Positions 1 through 9,896 of a stretch of DNA of 64,000 bases are shown here, piece by piece. The translations under genes were made by a program, and so were the position numbers. The notes beneath the pieces were generated by a model. That model saw nothing but the letters and a program-made list of their open reading frames with translations. It had not been told where the DNA came from and searched no databases. Source of the DNA: Actinomycetes bacterium (GTDB taxonomy: Bacteria; Actinomycetota; Acidimicrobiia; Acidimicrobiales; RAAP-2); NCBI GenBank assembly GCA_021831035.1, contig JAKBNL010000006.1, positions 37,652 through 101,651 on the forward strand, given 5' to 3'. Each line of letters begins with the position of its first letter. The first letter of the stretch is position 1.

Positions 1-1406
1 ATCGCGACGTTGCCGAACCAGTCCTCGACCTGGACGACCGGCTGGACCGGGAAGACGCTCGAGGGCGAGTTGCTCGCGACCCCGGTCGGGCTCGTCTTGA
101 AGGAGAGCTGGGACGCTGGGCCGGGGCCGGTCACGAAGTAGGCGTTGGAGGTCGCGGGGAGGGCGGCGTCGGACTGGCTCGCCGGGTTGGCGACCGCCGT
201 CATCGTGTAGTTGGTCGCGGTCGTGGGCGGGTTGGAGGCCGGGTTGTAGTAGTAGCCGCCCCAGAAGAGGCAGCTCGAGGGGATCGCCGCGGTGCCGTTG
301 GTGACGGTGACCGTGACGGTCGTCTGAGACGTGGCGTTCGAGCAGCCCGTGAAGGCCCCTCCCGAGGAGGTGAAGGTGATCGTCCCGTCCCAGGCCGGGT
401 TGACCTGGCCGTTCGCGACGTTCTCCACCGCGACCGTCGGGTCGCTCGCGAAGGGGCTCCCGGCGGCCGCGGCCACGGGCTCGGTGCTGAAGACGAGCTG
501 GAACTGCGCGGCCGCGACGGTGAAGGGCTGGCTGTCGACCGGGGTGAGACTGCCATCGGAGGCGGTGAGGATGTAGTTCCCGCCCGAGCCGAGGGTGCAG
601 CCGGTGAAGGTCACCACGCCCAGGATCTCGTTGCCCTGACAGCCCGAGAGGACCCCGGTCGAGGGGGAGTTCGCCGAGATCTGCAGGATGACCGGTGAGA
701 GGTCGGTCGTCACGACGTTGCCGGCCGAGTCCTCGACGGCGATCACGGGCTGCTGGGTGAGGGGCGAGCCGGCGTAGCAGGTCGCCCCCGGACAGTCGGG
801 CTGCTTCAAGAAGACGAGGTGGTCGGCTCCGCCGCTGGTGAGGGCGTCCCCCGTGTTGCCGACCGGGTAGTCGACGACGAAGCTGTTGGAGTACTTGGTG
901 CCCACGAGGGTGATCGTGATGAGCTGGGGGGCCCCGGCGGCACAGGTCGGCGTGAAGGCCGTGCCGTTCCAGTACTCGACCGCGCCCGTCGAGGCGTACT
1001 GGACGACGTAGCCCGGGGTCCCACTCTGGGCGTTGGTGGTGTAGGGCGCGGGCAGCGGGAAGCCCTGGGTGGTGCTGTAGAAGGGGTAACCGCTGATCGG
1101 CGTGGTGCAGGCGTCGGTGAAGAGGGTCGGCCGGTTCTCGATGGCCGCGATGACCTCCTCGCTCGCCGTGGCGAGGATCGTGTCGGTCCGGGCCAGCTGG
1201 CGGTGCTGGGCGGAGGCCGCGATCGTCGTCGTGAAGGCGATGATCAGGGCGAGCGCGGCGAGGGCGAGGACGACGAGGGCGAGGAGGACCTCGATCATGG
1301 TGTCACCGCGCTCGGACTCTCCCCGACGTCGGAGCCACCCGGGCCCGAGGGGCCGCGCGGTCGTGCGGGGCGTCTCGGCGATCGGGCGCACGGGTCGCGA
1401 ACTCAT
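1..1406 (-). CDS. Large type IV pilin-like protein with tandem Ig-like repeats (3' end runs off the window)
   Basis: Absent from the ORF track because there is no stop in the window. ATG at 1406 follows GGAGG. Class III signal peptide GESERG|DTMIEVLLALVVLALAALALIIAF. Repeated LxFxxxP...QPVxxVEDxxGNV segments. Confidence 0.85.
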   Translation of the reverse strand, partial: MSSRPVRPIAETPRTTARPLGPGWLRRRGESERGDTMIEVLLALVVLALAALALIIAFTTTIAASAQHRQLARTDTILATASEEVIAAIENRPTLFTDACTTPISGYPFYSTTQGFPLPAPYTTNAQSGTPGYVVQYASTGAVEYWNGTAFTPTCAAGAPQLITITLVGTKYSNSFVVDYPVGNTGDALTSGGADHLVFLKQPDCPGATCYAGSPLTQQPVIAVEDSAGNVVTTDLSPVILQISANSPSTGVLSGCQGNEILGVVTFTGCTLGSGGNYILTASDGSLTPVDSQPFTVAAAQFQLVFSTEPVAAAAGSPFASDPTVAVENVANGQVNPAWDGTITFTSSGGAFTGCSNATSQTTVTVTVTNGTAAIPSSCLFWGGYYYNPASNPPTTATNYTMTAVANPASQSDAALPATSNAYFVTGPGPASQLSFKTSPTGVASNSPSSVFPVQPVVQVEDWFGNVA

Positions 1407-1437
1407 CCGAGCCTCCCTGGTGAGTGCGGGTTCTCGG

Positions 1438-2979
1438 TCATGAGAGGAGCAGTCCGAACGCGGCGGCCTCGAGGCCGGCGCCGTGCAGGGTCATCGTCCA
1501 GGTCTTGGGTGTCTCGGACTCGACCATCGCGGTGCCGGTCTTCAGCCCGATGTTGACGTTCGAGGGCACCGAGCACAGGACCGAGTAGGGACCGCCCTGC
1601 CAGGTGAGCCCGGTCCCGTAGTTGCAGGCGTTGCCCACCGGGTCCGAGGGGAAGGAGTCCCCGTTGGCCGCCCACTGGGAGTAGCTGTAGGTCGAGCTCG
1701 AGTTGTTGGGCATGACGAGGATCGGCTGGTCCGAGGTCCAGCCGATGTACTCCCCGGCGTCGGTCGACTCGGCGTCGGCCCCCACGGCCCACCAGCCCGT
1801 CGCCTGGGAGCCGTTCGCGGTGATCACCGAGATGTTCTTCAGCGTGATCGTGGTCGTGCCCGAGCCGGTCTGGTACAGGGCGGGCTTGCCCGAGATGCCC
1901 GTGTAGAAGGGCGACCCCGTCGAGCAGCCGCTTCCGCTCGAGGAGCAGTAGTTCCCCAGGAAGGCGTTCTGCCAGGTCGGCAGGGCGGAGGGGTTCACGG
2001 GGACCCCCGAGATGGAGAGGCAGAAGTACAGCTTGGAGCCGCCGGGGAGGTCGACCTCCATCTGGAGGCACCCGCTCTCGGCCGCCAGCAGGTTGTTCCC
2101 GGTCAGGCTGGAGAAGTCCACCAGGCACATCGAGGAGGCGTAGTAGCCCGTCCCGGGGGTGGCGAAGTTGCACCCGGCCGTCGACGAGACTGTGATGGGC
2201 TGGCCACCGGTCGAGATCGCCGGGGAGGCGGCCGCGGGCACGGCCGCGAGCGTGTACTGGTAGGCCGAGAGGTCGGTCGAGGTCTTGGCGGCCAGGGCGA
2301 ACTCGACCCGGGTCACGTTGAGGCTGCTGTCGGTGGCGTCGACGACCGGGACCCACGAGGTCCCGGCCGCGACGTCGAGGACCCCCTGGAGACCGTTGGC
2401 GTCGGTGCTCGAGGGCTGGTTGAAGACCTGGGCCGAGGCCTGGCAGGCGGAGGTAAGCCCTGATGCGCAGGGTGGCTCCACGTTGTAGGCGACGGTCGTC
2501 GAGGTGACCGGGGTCGTGGAGTAGCCGCTCGTGCAGTACTGGCGCACCAGCTCCCACTGCCCGCTCGTGAGGACCTCGGCGTAGCTGACCACCGTCGCGT
2601 AGCCCCCGCTCGACCGCGCCCCCCAGGCGAGGCCGAGCAACTGGTACTCCCCGGCCGGACCGCACTGGTCGAGGGTCTGGCCGGCGGCGGTGGTCACGGC
2701 GAGGGCCGAGGAGACGTCGTTCTGGTAGGTCGAGGCGACCACCTGGGAGTCCACGGTGTCGCCGAGGCGGCTCGACACCCCGCTTTGGAGCTTGAAGACC
2801 GAGATCAGCCCCAGCGAGAGCGCGCCCACGATGAGCGGCATGATCACGACGACGATGAGCAGTTCGATGAGGGTGAAGCCCTCCTCATCCCGGCGCGCGC
2901 GGCGGCACGCCACACACGCGCGAGGAGAGGCGTGTCCCTCGCCTCTCCGAGCGGCCCGACACCCGCCCCGCGCCGCCAC
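1438..2979 (-). CDS. Type IV minor pilin fused to a CshA-NR2-like adhesin domain
   Basis: Prepilin motif DEEG|FTLIELLIVVVIMP. The C-terminal half (CLVDFS...ALPTW..AFLGN...GKPALYQ...ADAEST...GNAC...AAFG) resembles CshA/CshB fibrillar adhesin domains from memory. TAGTG overlap with pilC. Confidence 0.8.
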   Translation of the reverse strand: MAARGGCRAARRGEGHASPRACVACRRARRDEEGFTLIELLIVVVIMPLIVGALSLGLISVFKLQSGVSSRLGDTVDSQVVASTYQNDVSSALAVTTAAGQTLDQCGPAGEYQLLGLAWGARSSGGYATVVSYAEVLTSGQWELVRQYCTSGYSTTPVTSTTVAYNVEPPCASGLTSACQASAQVFNQPSSTDANGLQGVLDVAAGTSWVPVVDATDSSLNVTRVEFALAAKTSTDLSAYQYTLAAVPAAASPAISTGGQPITVSSTAGCNFATPGTGYYASSMCLVDFSSLTGNNLLAAESGCLQMEVDLPGGSKLYFCLSISGVPVNPSALPTWQNAFLGNYCSSSGSGCSTGSPFYTGISGKPALYQTGSGTTTITLKNISVITANGSQATGWWAVGADAESTDAGEYIGWTSDQPILVMPNNSSSTYSYSQWAANGDSFPSDPVGNACNYGTGLTWQGGPYSVLCSVPSNVNIGLKTGTAMVESETPKTWTMTLHGAGLEAAAFGLLLS

Positions 2980-4292
2980 TACTGCACCTTCACCTGGTTG
3001 TAGACGCCGTACATCGCCGAGATGAGAGCCACGGCGACGAATCCGACCACGACGCCCATGAAGATGATGATCGCGGGCTCGAAGAGGGAGGTCGCGCGCT
3101 CGAGCTTGGTCTCGAGCTCGCGGTTGTAGTAGGCGGCGGCGACCTCGAGCTGCTGATCGAGGGTGCCGGTCTCCTCGCCCACGCGGAACATCTGGCGCGC
3201 CGCGGCGGGGAAGAGCTCGGTCATGTTGATCGGTCCCGAGATGCCCTGGCCCTGCATCATCTGCTCGCGCACCCCCTCGAGGGCGCGCCGGTAGACGAAG
3301 TTGTTGGCCGAGTCGGCGGTCACGGCCATCGAGCGCGGCAGGTCGACGCCGGCGCGCAGCATGGAGGCGAGCACTCGACAGACGCGTTCGACGATGGCCG
3401 TCTCGGAGAGGTCGCCCAAGACGGGCAGCTTGAGCAGGATCTTGTCGAGGGTGGCCTTGCCCTTCACGGTGCGGCGCATGGTGATGAACCCGCCCACGAG
3501 GATGATGACGAGGGCGGCCTCGAAGTACCAGTTGTGCCCGATGAACGACGTCGTGTCGAGCAGCATCACGGTCACCAGGGGCAGCTTCGCGTTGAGGCTC
3601 TTGAAGAACACCTCGAAGCGCGGCATGACGAAGACGGCGAGCACCACCACGACCACGACCGACATGACCGCGACGACCGACGGGTAGATGAGCGCCGAGG
3701 TGACCTTGGAGCGGGCCTTCTCGTCGCGGTCGATGTAGTCGGCCAGCTGGTTGAGGACGTTGTCGAGGTTCCCGGTGAGCTCGGCCGACTCCAGGATGCC
3801 GACGTAGAAGTTGGGGAAGGCCTCGGGGTGGGTGGAGGCCGCCGCGGCGAAGGTGTCGCCGGCGCGCAGCCGCACGGTCATGTCCTCGAGGACCCCGCGC
3901 ATCATCTTGTTCTGGGTCTCTTCGGTGATGACCTCGAGGGCCTCCATGATCGGCACGCCCGCGCGCATGAAGACGGCCAGCTGGCGAGTGAAGTTGGTCA
4001 GGTCCTTGCGCGGGACCTTCTTCTGGGTGATCTCGAAGGCGAGGATGCTCTTCTTCGGCTTCACCTCCAGGGGCTGGAGGCCGCGCTGGATCAGCGCGAC
4101 GTGGGCCGCCCCGGTGGAGAGGGCCTTCTCGGTCCCCGAGACGGTCTTGCCGTCCTGGTCGAGCGCCTTGAAGGCGAAGTCCTGCAACTTGTCGGCCTTC
4201 GCGCGCGCCTTGGGCGCCTTCTTTGCGGGCGCGGCCACCGGGGCGCCCTCGCGCGCACCTTGACCCTTCTCGGCTCTCTTCAACAGGCTCAT
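2979..4292 (-). CDS. pilC: Type IV pilus/T2SS inner-membrane platform protein (PilC/GspF)
   Basis: FTRQLAVFMRAGVPI, AELTGNLD, ALIYP, GEETGTLD and EPAII motifs in two T2SSF domains. Confidence 0.95.
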   Translation of the reverse strand: MSLLKRAEKGQGAREGAPVAAPAKKAPKARAKADKLQDFAFKALDQDGKTVSGTEKALSTGAAHVALIQRGLQPLEVKPKKSILAFEITQKKVPRKDLTNFTRQLAVFMRAGVPIMEALEVITEETQNKMMRGVLEDMTVRLRAGDTFAAAASTHPEAFPNFYVGILESAELTGNLDNVLNQLADYIDRDEKARSKVTSALIYPSVVAVMSVVVVVVLAVFVMPRFEVFFKSLNAKLPLVTVMLLDTTSFIGHNWYFEAALVIILVGGFITMRRTVKGKATLDKILLKLPVLGDLSETAIVERVCRVLASMLRAGVDLPRSMAVTADSANNFVYRRALEGVREQMMQGQGISGPINMTELFPAAARQMFRVGEETGTLDQQLEVAAAYYNRELETKLERATSLFEPAIIIFMGVVVGFVAVALISAMYGVYNQVKVQ

Positions 4293-6136
4293 AGGGTGTA
4301 CATCCCTCGGATCACCTCGGCTATCGACGTGATGTCGTTCTCGACAAGTCTTATTGCTTCTTGCTTGAGCGTGCTCATGCCCTGTTTAACCGCCATATTT
4401 CGCAGCTCCTCCTGGGTCGCCCAGCCGACGACCAGCCGGCGGATCTCCGAGGTCATCGTCAGGAGCTCGTAGACGCCGATGCGGTCCTTGTAGCCGGTGT
4501 TGGCGCAGAAGTTGCACCCGGCGCCGTGGTAGAAGACGCTCTTGGGGGCGCCACCGGACTCCTCGTAGAAGACCATCTCCTCGTCGGTCGGCGTGTAGGT
4601 CGTCTTGCACGACGGACAGATCCGACGCAGCAGCCGCTGGCCGACGACGCCGAGCACCGAGCTCGCGATGAGGAACGATTCGATGCCCATGTCGAGGAAG
4701 CGGTGCAGCGCCGAGACCGAGTCGGTCGCGTGCAGCGAGGAAAGCACGAAGTGACCGGTGAGGGCCGACTGGACCGCCACGCGCGTCGTCTCGACGTCGC
4801 GGATCTCGCCGACGAGGATGACGTCGGGGTCCTGGCGCAGGATCGAGCGCAGGCCGTTGGCGAAGGTGAGCCCGGCCTGATCGTTCGTCTGGATCTGGTT
4901 GATGGTGGGGAAGACGTACTCAACCGGGTCCTCGATCGTCATGATGTTGAGCGTCGGGTCGTTGACCTCGCTGAGCGACGCGTAGAGCGTCGTCGTCTTG
5001 CCCGAGCCCGTGGGGCCCGCGCAGAGGACCATCCCGAACGGCGATCGCACGAGCTTGGAGAACGTCGCGTGCGTCGCGGGCGGCATGCCGAGGTCGGAGA
5101 GCTTGAGGACCGAGCGCGTCTTGTCGAGCAGACGCATCACGCACACCTCGCCGCCGACCGTGGCGACCGTCGCGACGCGCACGTCGACCTCGCGACCGTC
5201 GATCATGATCGTCAGCTGGCCGTCCTGGGGACGACGGCGCTCGACGATGTTCATGTTCGCCATGATCTTGATGCGGCTGATGAGACCCGGGCCGATGGAT
5301 CCGGGGAGGGTGAGGACCTCCTTCATCGCGCCGTCGATGCGGAAGCGCACCCGCACGACGTCACCGGTCGGCTCGATGTGCACGTCGCTCGTGCGATCGC
5401 GCATGGCCTGGGTGAGGATGCTGTCGACGAGCTGGACGACCGGGGCGTCTTCCGAGACGATCTCGGACTCGGAGACCTCCTGCCCACCACCGCGACGACG
5501 CGATCCCTCGACCGACTCGAACACCTGGACGAGCCGCTCGACGTTGCCGAGCGCGTGGTAGTTCGAGTCGATCGCCCACTTGATGTCGCCCATGGGCGCG
5601 ATGAGCAGCTTCACCCGCTTGCCGCTCGCCTGGGCGAGGCGCGCCGAGAGCTCGTCGCTCGGCTCGGCGACGGCCATCGCGAGCGTGTCGCCGTCGAAGC
5701 GCACGGGGAAGCACATGTACTCGCGCGCGACGTCCTCGGGGATGAGGTCGATCACGGCGCTGTCGATCGGCTCGCGGCGCAGGTTCGCCACCTCGTACCC
5801 GAAGAAGGAGGCGAGCGCCTGGGCCAGGGTCTGCTCGGTCAGGGTCCCCACGCTGACGAGCACCTCGCCGAGGAGACCGCCGCCCGCCTTCTGCATGGCG
5901 AGGGCCTCGTCGAGCTGCGCCTCGGTGATGAGACCGCTGGCGACGAGCTGCTCGCCGAGGCGCTTGCGCCCGGCCTCACCCTGGGGGTCGGCGCCGGGCT
6001 TGGGCCCGAAGCCGGTGGTGCGGTCGTGGGTCGACCCGTTGGCCGAGCCGCCGGTGGAGGGGACCCCGGGCGCGGGGGGCGCCACGGTCGCGACCGACCC
6101 GCCGTCGCCGTCTCGAGACTTCCTGCGTAGCGCCAC
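4289..6136 (-). CDS. pilB: Type IV pilus assembly ATPase (PilB/GspE) with N-terminal MshEN domain
   Basis: Walker A GPTGSGKTT, Walker B DVILVGEIRD, CPSC/CNFC zinc motif. GTG at 6136 follows AAGGGG; the ORF track extends to 6250. Confidence 0.95.
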   Translation of the reverse strand: MALRRKSRDGDGGSVATVAPPAPGVPSTGGSANGSTHDRTTGFGPKPGADPQGEAGRKRLGEQLVASGLITEAQLDEALAMQKAGGGLLGEVLVSVGTLTEQTLAQALASFFGYEVANLRREPIDSAVIDLIPEDVAREYMCFPVRFDGDTLAMAVAEPSDELSARLAQASGKRVKLLIAPMGDIKWAIDSNYHALGNVERLVQVFESVEGSRRRGGGQEVSESEIVSEDAPVVQLVDSILTQAMRDRTSDVHIEPTGDVVRVRFRIDGAMKEVLTLPGSIGPGLISRIKIMANMNIVERRRPQDGQLTIMIDGREVDVRVATVATVGGEVCVMRLLDKTRSVLKLSDLGMPPATHATFSKLVRSPFGMVLCAGPTGSGKTTTLYASLSEVNDPTLNIMTIEDPVEYVFPTINQIQTNDQAGLTFANGLRSILRQDPDVILVGEIRDVETTRVAVQSALTGHFVLSSLHATDSVSALHRFLDMGIESFLIASSVLGVVGQRLLRRICPSCKTTYTPTDEEMVFYEESGGAPKSVFYHGAGCNFCANTGYKDRIGVYELLTMTSEIRRLVVGWATQEELRNMAVKQGMSTLKQEAIRLVENDITSIAEVIRGMYTL

Positions 6137-6483
6137 GGTTACCCCTTGCCCTTGTCTGTGCCCTTGCCGACCCCGCTCATCCGCGGGGCCCGTGGTGGAG
6201 AGATGACGTCGCCGAGAGAAAGGGCCCGAGTGGTCGGAGTCGGCGCCCACCCGCTGCCGTTCGCGCCTTCGCGAGAGCGATCAGTCAAGGTCATCGGCCC
6301 GACCACCGGTACCTCATTCGCCAGCGAGCGTACTTCACGACTCGGGAAAAAACGTGCATCATTCTTCACGAATCGTGCCTAGATGTACGCCCTTTCGTGG
6401 CACCTCCACGTCTCGGTGCGGTTGTGGCAAACTCCCGCACCCTTCCCAGTCCCTCTGGGAGAGTCTCGACAGTACGTGGTCAG

Positions 6484-6510
6484 CGTCAACGTTTCGTCAA
6501 CTTATCCACA
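6484..6510. promoter_or_regulatory. CGTCAAC direct repeat (11-bp period) abutting a perfect DnaA box TTATCCACA upstream of the pil operon
   Basis: Sequence cgtcaacgtttcgtcaacttatccaca at 6484-6510. Confidence 0.3.
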
Positions 6511-6921
6511 CCTTCGAACGGGTCCCGAGCGGCCCGAGTTGTTGGGCTCGGCGAGGGTTCGGTTAGGGCCATCTCGACCATCGGCCGCCCCGACATTCCG
6601 TGGCTGAGGGGCTCACCGAGGGCCGAGGGGGGTGCGCGGCCGCTGTGATGACGGTCGGAGCCGGACGGGATCGCCCGATCAGCTGGCGCCCGACGGCACC
6701 AGGTCCGGTATCGAGTCCTAGACCCGCAGCGTGGGGCTAGGCCAGTTGCCCGCCCCGCCATCCCGTTGACCAGGGAGACGAATGGAGGACGTGGCTGGTA
6801 AGTCTCGACGGTCCCCACGGTCGGTGGCCGTCGCGCGGTCGCTACGCCCCAGGCGTGAAGATGAACGGACTCTCACGACGATTGCTGAGCCGATCCGAAG
6901 CGTCACCACGCTAACCAGGAT

Positions 6922-7968
6922 TTACGCCAATGCGTCTCGGGGCGCGCCGGCCGCCGACGGCACCCGCGGCGGCGTCGGGCCCCCCGAGGCGACCCAGGCC
7001 GCCATCGTGAGCCCCAACGACCTCTCTCGGTCCGGCGCCGAGTGCACCCGGGCCGAGACGATCAGCTCGTCGGCACCGGTGCGTGCGACCAGCCCTGTGA
7101 GACCGGCCCCCACGGTCTCGGGACCACCGATGACGTGGCTCGCGAGGGCCTCATCGACCAGGGCGCGCTCGGCGGGTGAGTAGGGGTACGCGGCGGCGGT
7201 CTCGGGTCGCGGGAGGGGGCCCGGTCGGCCGACGGCGCGCTGGAGGGTCTGCAGCGCGCTCGGCCCGGCGAGGTAGTGAGCCTCGTCGTCGTTCGAGGCG
7301 CACACGACCGAGACCCCGACCATCACCCGAGGCGCGGTCAGGCTCGTCGAGGGCCGAAAGCCGGTGCGGTACGCCTCGAGCGCCGCGTCGAGGTGCTGGG
7401 GCGCGAAGTGGTACGCGAAGGCGAAGGGCAGCCCGAGCGTCGCGGCGAGGCGCGCGCTGTAGGTGGAGGACCCGAGCAGCCAGACCTCCGGCGCGTAGCC
7501 CGGTCCGGGCGTGGGGGTCGGTCGGGACGATCGCTCGGGGGCGAAGTAGCCGATCAGCTCGACGACGTCGTCGGGGAACGTGTCGTGGGTGAGCGCCGCA
7601 GCGCGGCGCAACGCGCGGATGGTGAGGGGGTCGGTCCCCGGAGCGCGTCCGACCCCGAGGTCCACGCGACCGGGGTGAAGGGCCTCGAGGGTCGCGAACT
7701 GCTCGGCCACGACGAGGGGCGCGTGGTTGGGCAGCATCACCCCGCCGGAGCCGACCCGGATGGTCGACGTGGCGGTGGCGAGATGGGCGATGAGCACCGC
7801 GGGGGCGGAGCTCGCGACCGAGGCCATCGCGTGGTGTTCGGCCACCCAGAAGCGCCGGTAGCCCAGCCGCTCAGCGGACTGGGCTAGGCCGGTCGTGGCC
7901 GCGAGGGCGCGCGCCGGCGTCGAGCCCTCGCCGACCGTCGCGAGGTCCAAGACGGACAGGGTGGCCAC
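6922..7968 (-). CDS. LLM-class flavin-dependent oxidoreductase (luciferase-like monooxygenase)
   Basis: [45 protein letters not shown] -10 lies 6 nt before the GTG (leaderless). Confidence 0.92.
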   Translation of the reverse strand: MATLSVLDLATVGEGSTPARALAATTGLAQSAERLGYRRFWVAEHHAMASVASSAPAVLIAHLATATSTIRVGSGGVMLPNHAPLVVAEQFATLEALHPGRVDLGVGRAPGTDPLTIRALRRAAALTHDTFPDDVVELIGYFAPERSSRPTPTPGPGYAPEVWLLGSSTYSARLAATLGLPFAFAYHFAPQHLDAALEAYRTGFRPSTSLTAPRVMVGVSVVCASNDDEAHYLAGPSALQTLQRAVGRPGPLPRPETAAAYPYSPAERALVDEALASHVIGGPETVGAGLTGLVARTGADELIVSARVHSAPDRERSLGLTMAAWVASGGPTPPRVPSAAGAPRDALA

Positions 7969-8393
7969 GGCCCCACCCTAGGGACAGGAGAGGACGGCGC
8001 GCTAGGTCGGCCCCGACTCTCGAGCGCCGACTCGAGGGCACCGCGCGGCGCAACGCGGGTCAAAGTCGGGGGACACATACCGACTGGGGGAACGCTGCTG
8101 AACAGGGGACTCACCTCGAAGACACCGGCGACGTCGTGCGTGGTCCGCCGGAGACGGGCCGTGGCGTGTAATCCAACCCCCGCTTCGCCGCGCGGGGTGG
8201 AGCGTCGGTGGCCTCATCACGGGTGAGGGCGAGGGACTCGAGGCACGCGCCGTCGCTACGAGAGCGGACGAACACGGCACCCACGGGTGTCACCCCGTCA
8301 ACCAGGGATAACGCCAGTGACAATGGTCGTCGACTGGTGCGCGGTCAAACCGTGGCCACCGGGGGCGACGCGAGCCGGGCGTCTCGTCGGCGA

Positions 8394-8413
8394 TGACCGT
8401 ATATATATAGTCA
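8394..8413. promoter_or_regulatory. AT-rich palindrome TGACCGTATATATATAGTCA (operator-like)
   Basis: 16 of 20 positions are self-complementary; intergenic, in otherwise very GC-rich DNA. Confidence 0.3.
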
Positions 8414-8682
8414 CGCGCGGGGGTTCCAGGTCGGGCGGTCATCCGATCCGCCCCTGCGTGGCGATGCTCGTCGCGTCGGGCTCGGACTCGGTTCGCCCCT
8501 CGCCACCAGTGGGGTCATCGCCAACCAACGGGGAGACCGAGCCTCCAGCGTCCCAGTGGAATCCCGCTAACCAGGTCAGATGCTCGACACCTCGCGGCGG
8601 TGGTCGTCGAGTCGGGAGAATCGCCGAATGCCGCGGTGGCGACGATGGTCCTCGAAACTTCGGGCCGCGGGGCGGCCCACCC

Positions 8683-9018
8683 CTAGTGGCAGACCAGGGT
8701 TCGACGCATGACGTCGTTGTCGGCGTCGGGGGTCGCGTCCGGGGGACGAGAGCGTCCCGAGTCGTTGTCCCGGGAGGGCGGGAGGGTCGTGAAGTGTTTG
8801 GGGTTCAAGATGGGCGGGGCCGTCGACAGGTGTGTCGGGATGGTCGGGGTGGTGCAGTGCAGGTAGGGGTGCTCGTGCGACACGAAGAGGGCGACCCCCA
8901 CGCCGATGGCGAGCACCGCCACGACCGTCGCGATGAGGGTCTTGACCCCCTCGCTGAGGCCCGGTCGGGGCGACTGGGGTCGGGGGCCCTCGTTGGGGGG
9001 CGGGAGTACGTCCGTCAC
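8683..9018 (-). CDS. Small hypothetical protein with one TM helix
   Basis: Hydrophobic segment LIATVVAVLAIGVGVALFV, followed by a Pro/Thr-rich tail and two Cys. Confidence 0.5.
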   Translation of the reverse strand: MTDVLPPPNEGPRPQSPRPGLSEGVKTLIATVVAVLAIGVGVALFVSHEHPYLHCTTPTIPTHLSTAPPILNPKHFTTLPPSRDNDSGRSRPPDATPDADNDVMRRTLVCH

Positions 9019-9082
9019 GGCTCTCCGATACTAGGGGCCGCGGCGGCCCGGCCACCCCGCTCGGCGATGGGACACTGGCCCT

Positions 9083-9676
9083 ATGGACGAGGTGGACCTC
9101 TTCGTCGTCACCGGGGTGATGGCCGCGGGCAAGTCGACGGTGGCCGAGGCTCTGGCCCATCGCTTCGAGAGATCGGCCCACGTCCGTGGTGACGCCTTTC
9201 GCCGGATGATCGTCGCGGGCCGTGACCCGATCACCCCCCCGCTGTCGTCCGAGGCGGAGCGTCAGCTCGCGCTCCGGCGGCGTCTGGCCATCGACGCGGC
9301 CCTCGCCTACCGGGCGGCGGGTTTCACGACCGTCCTCCAGGACCTCTACCTGGGGGACGACCTCAGGGGGGTCGTCGAACGACTGTCGAGCGTGCGACCG
9401 CGCGTCGTGATTCTCTGTCCGAGCGCGGCGGCGATCGCCGAGCGCGAGAGTCGACGGGAGAAGACCGGGTACGGCGCCTGGGACGTCGAGACCCTGTGGC
9501 GCACCTTCATGGACACGACGCCGCGGATCGGGCTGTGGCTCGACACGACCTCACTCAGCGTGGACCAGACGGTCAGCGCGATCCTGGACGATCGCGACGC
9601 GTCGCGAGTGGATCCGACCGAGCTCGCCCGGTGGCGGCGCCGGCACGGTTCGGCGGGGCTTCCCCGCGGCGGGTGA
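9083..9676 (+). CDS. P-loop kinase / AAA_33-like phosphotransferase
   Basis: N-terminal VVTGVMAAGKSTVA Walker A, then HVRGDAFRRM. Confidence 0.8.
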   Translation: MDEVDLFVVTGVMAAGKSTVAEALAHRFERSAHVRGDAFRRMIVAGRDPITPPLSSEAERQLALRRRLAIDAALAYRAAGFTTVLQDLYLGDDLRGVVERLSSVRPRVVILCPSAAAIAERESRREKTGYGAWDVETLWRTFMDTTPRIGLWLDTTSLSVDQTVSAILDDRDASRVDPTELARWRRRHGSAGLPRGG

Positions 9677-9896
9677 CCGGGTCCCTCGACGCGGTCGTGG
9701 GGCGGGCTCCACGGGGGATCGGTCCGCGTCGGGCTCGCCGAGCTCGACGAGGCTCGGGCGACCCCACGCGTGACCGCCCTCGCCGCCCCGTCGTCTCGGG
9801 GACGACGGGGCGGCCGGGGTCGGGGAGTGGTGTGGAGTGTCCGGGCGTCGTCCCGTCACCGCTAGAGCGCGGGCGGGTCCGAACGGGGGCGTCGAC

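Noticed and set aside
6502-6510. Replication origin
   Set aside because: Single DnaA box, no cluster, no dnaA/dnaN, no AT-rich unwinding element.
6250-6920. c-di-GMP or cobalamin riboswitch in the pil leader
   Set aside because: GGCAAAC is on the wrong strand and lacks the GAAA/ACGCAAAG elements; there is no cobalamin box.
8490-8580. c-di-AMP (ydaO) riboswitch
   Set aside because: Only loose similarity (ggggtcatcg, gctaacc); the core GCTGAA and GGGGTGAATC motifs are absent.
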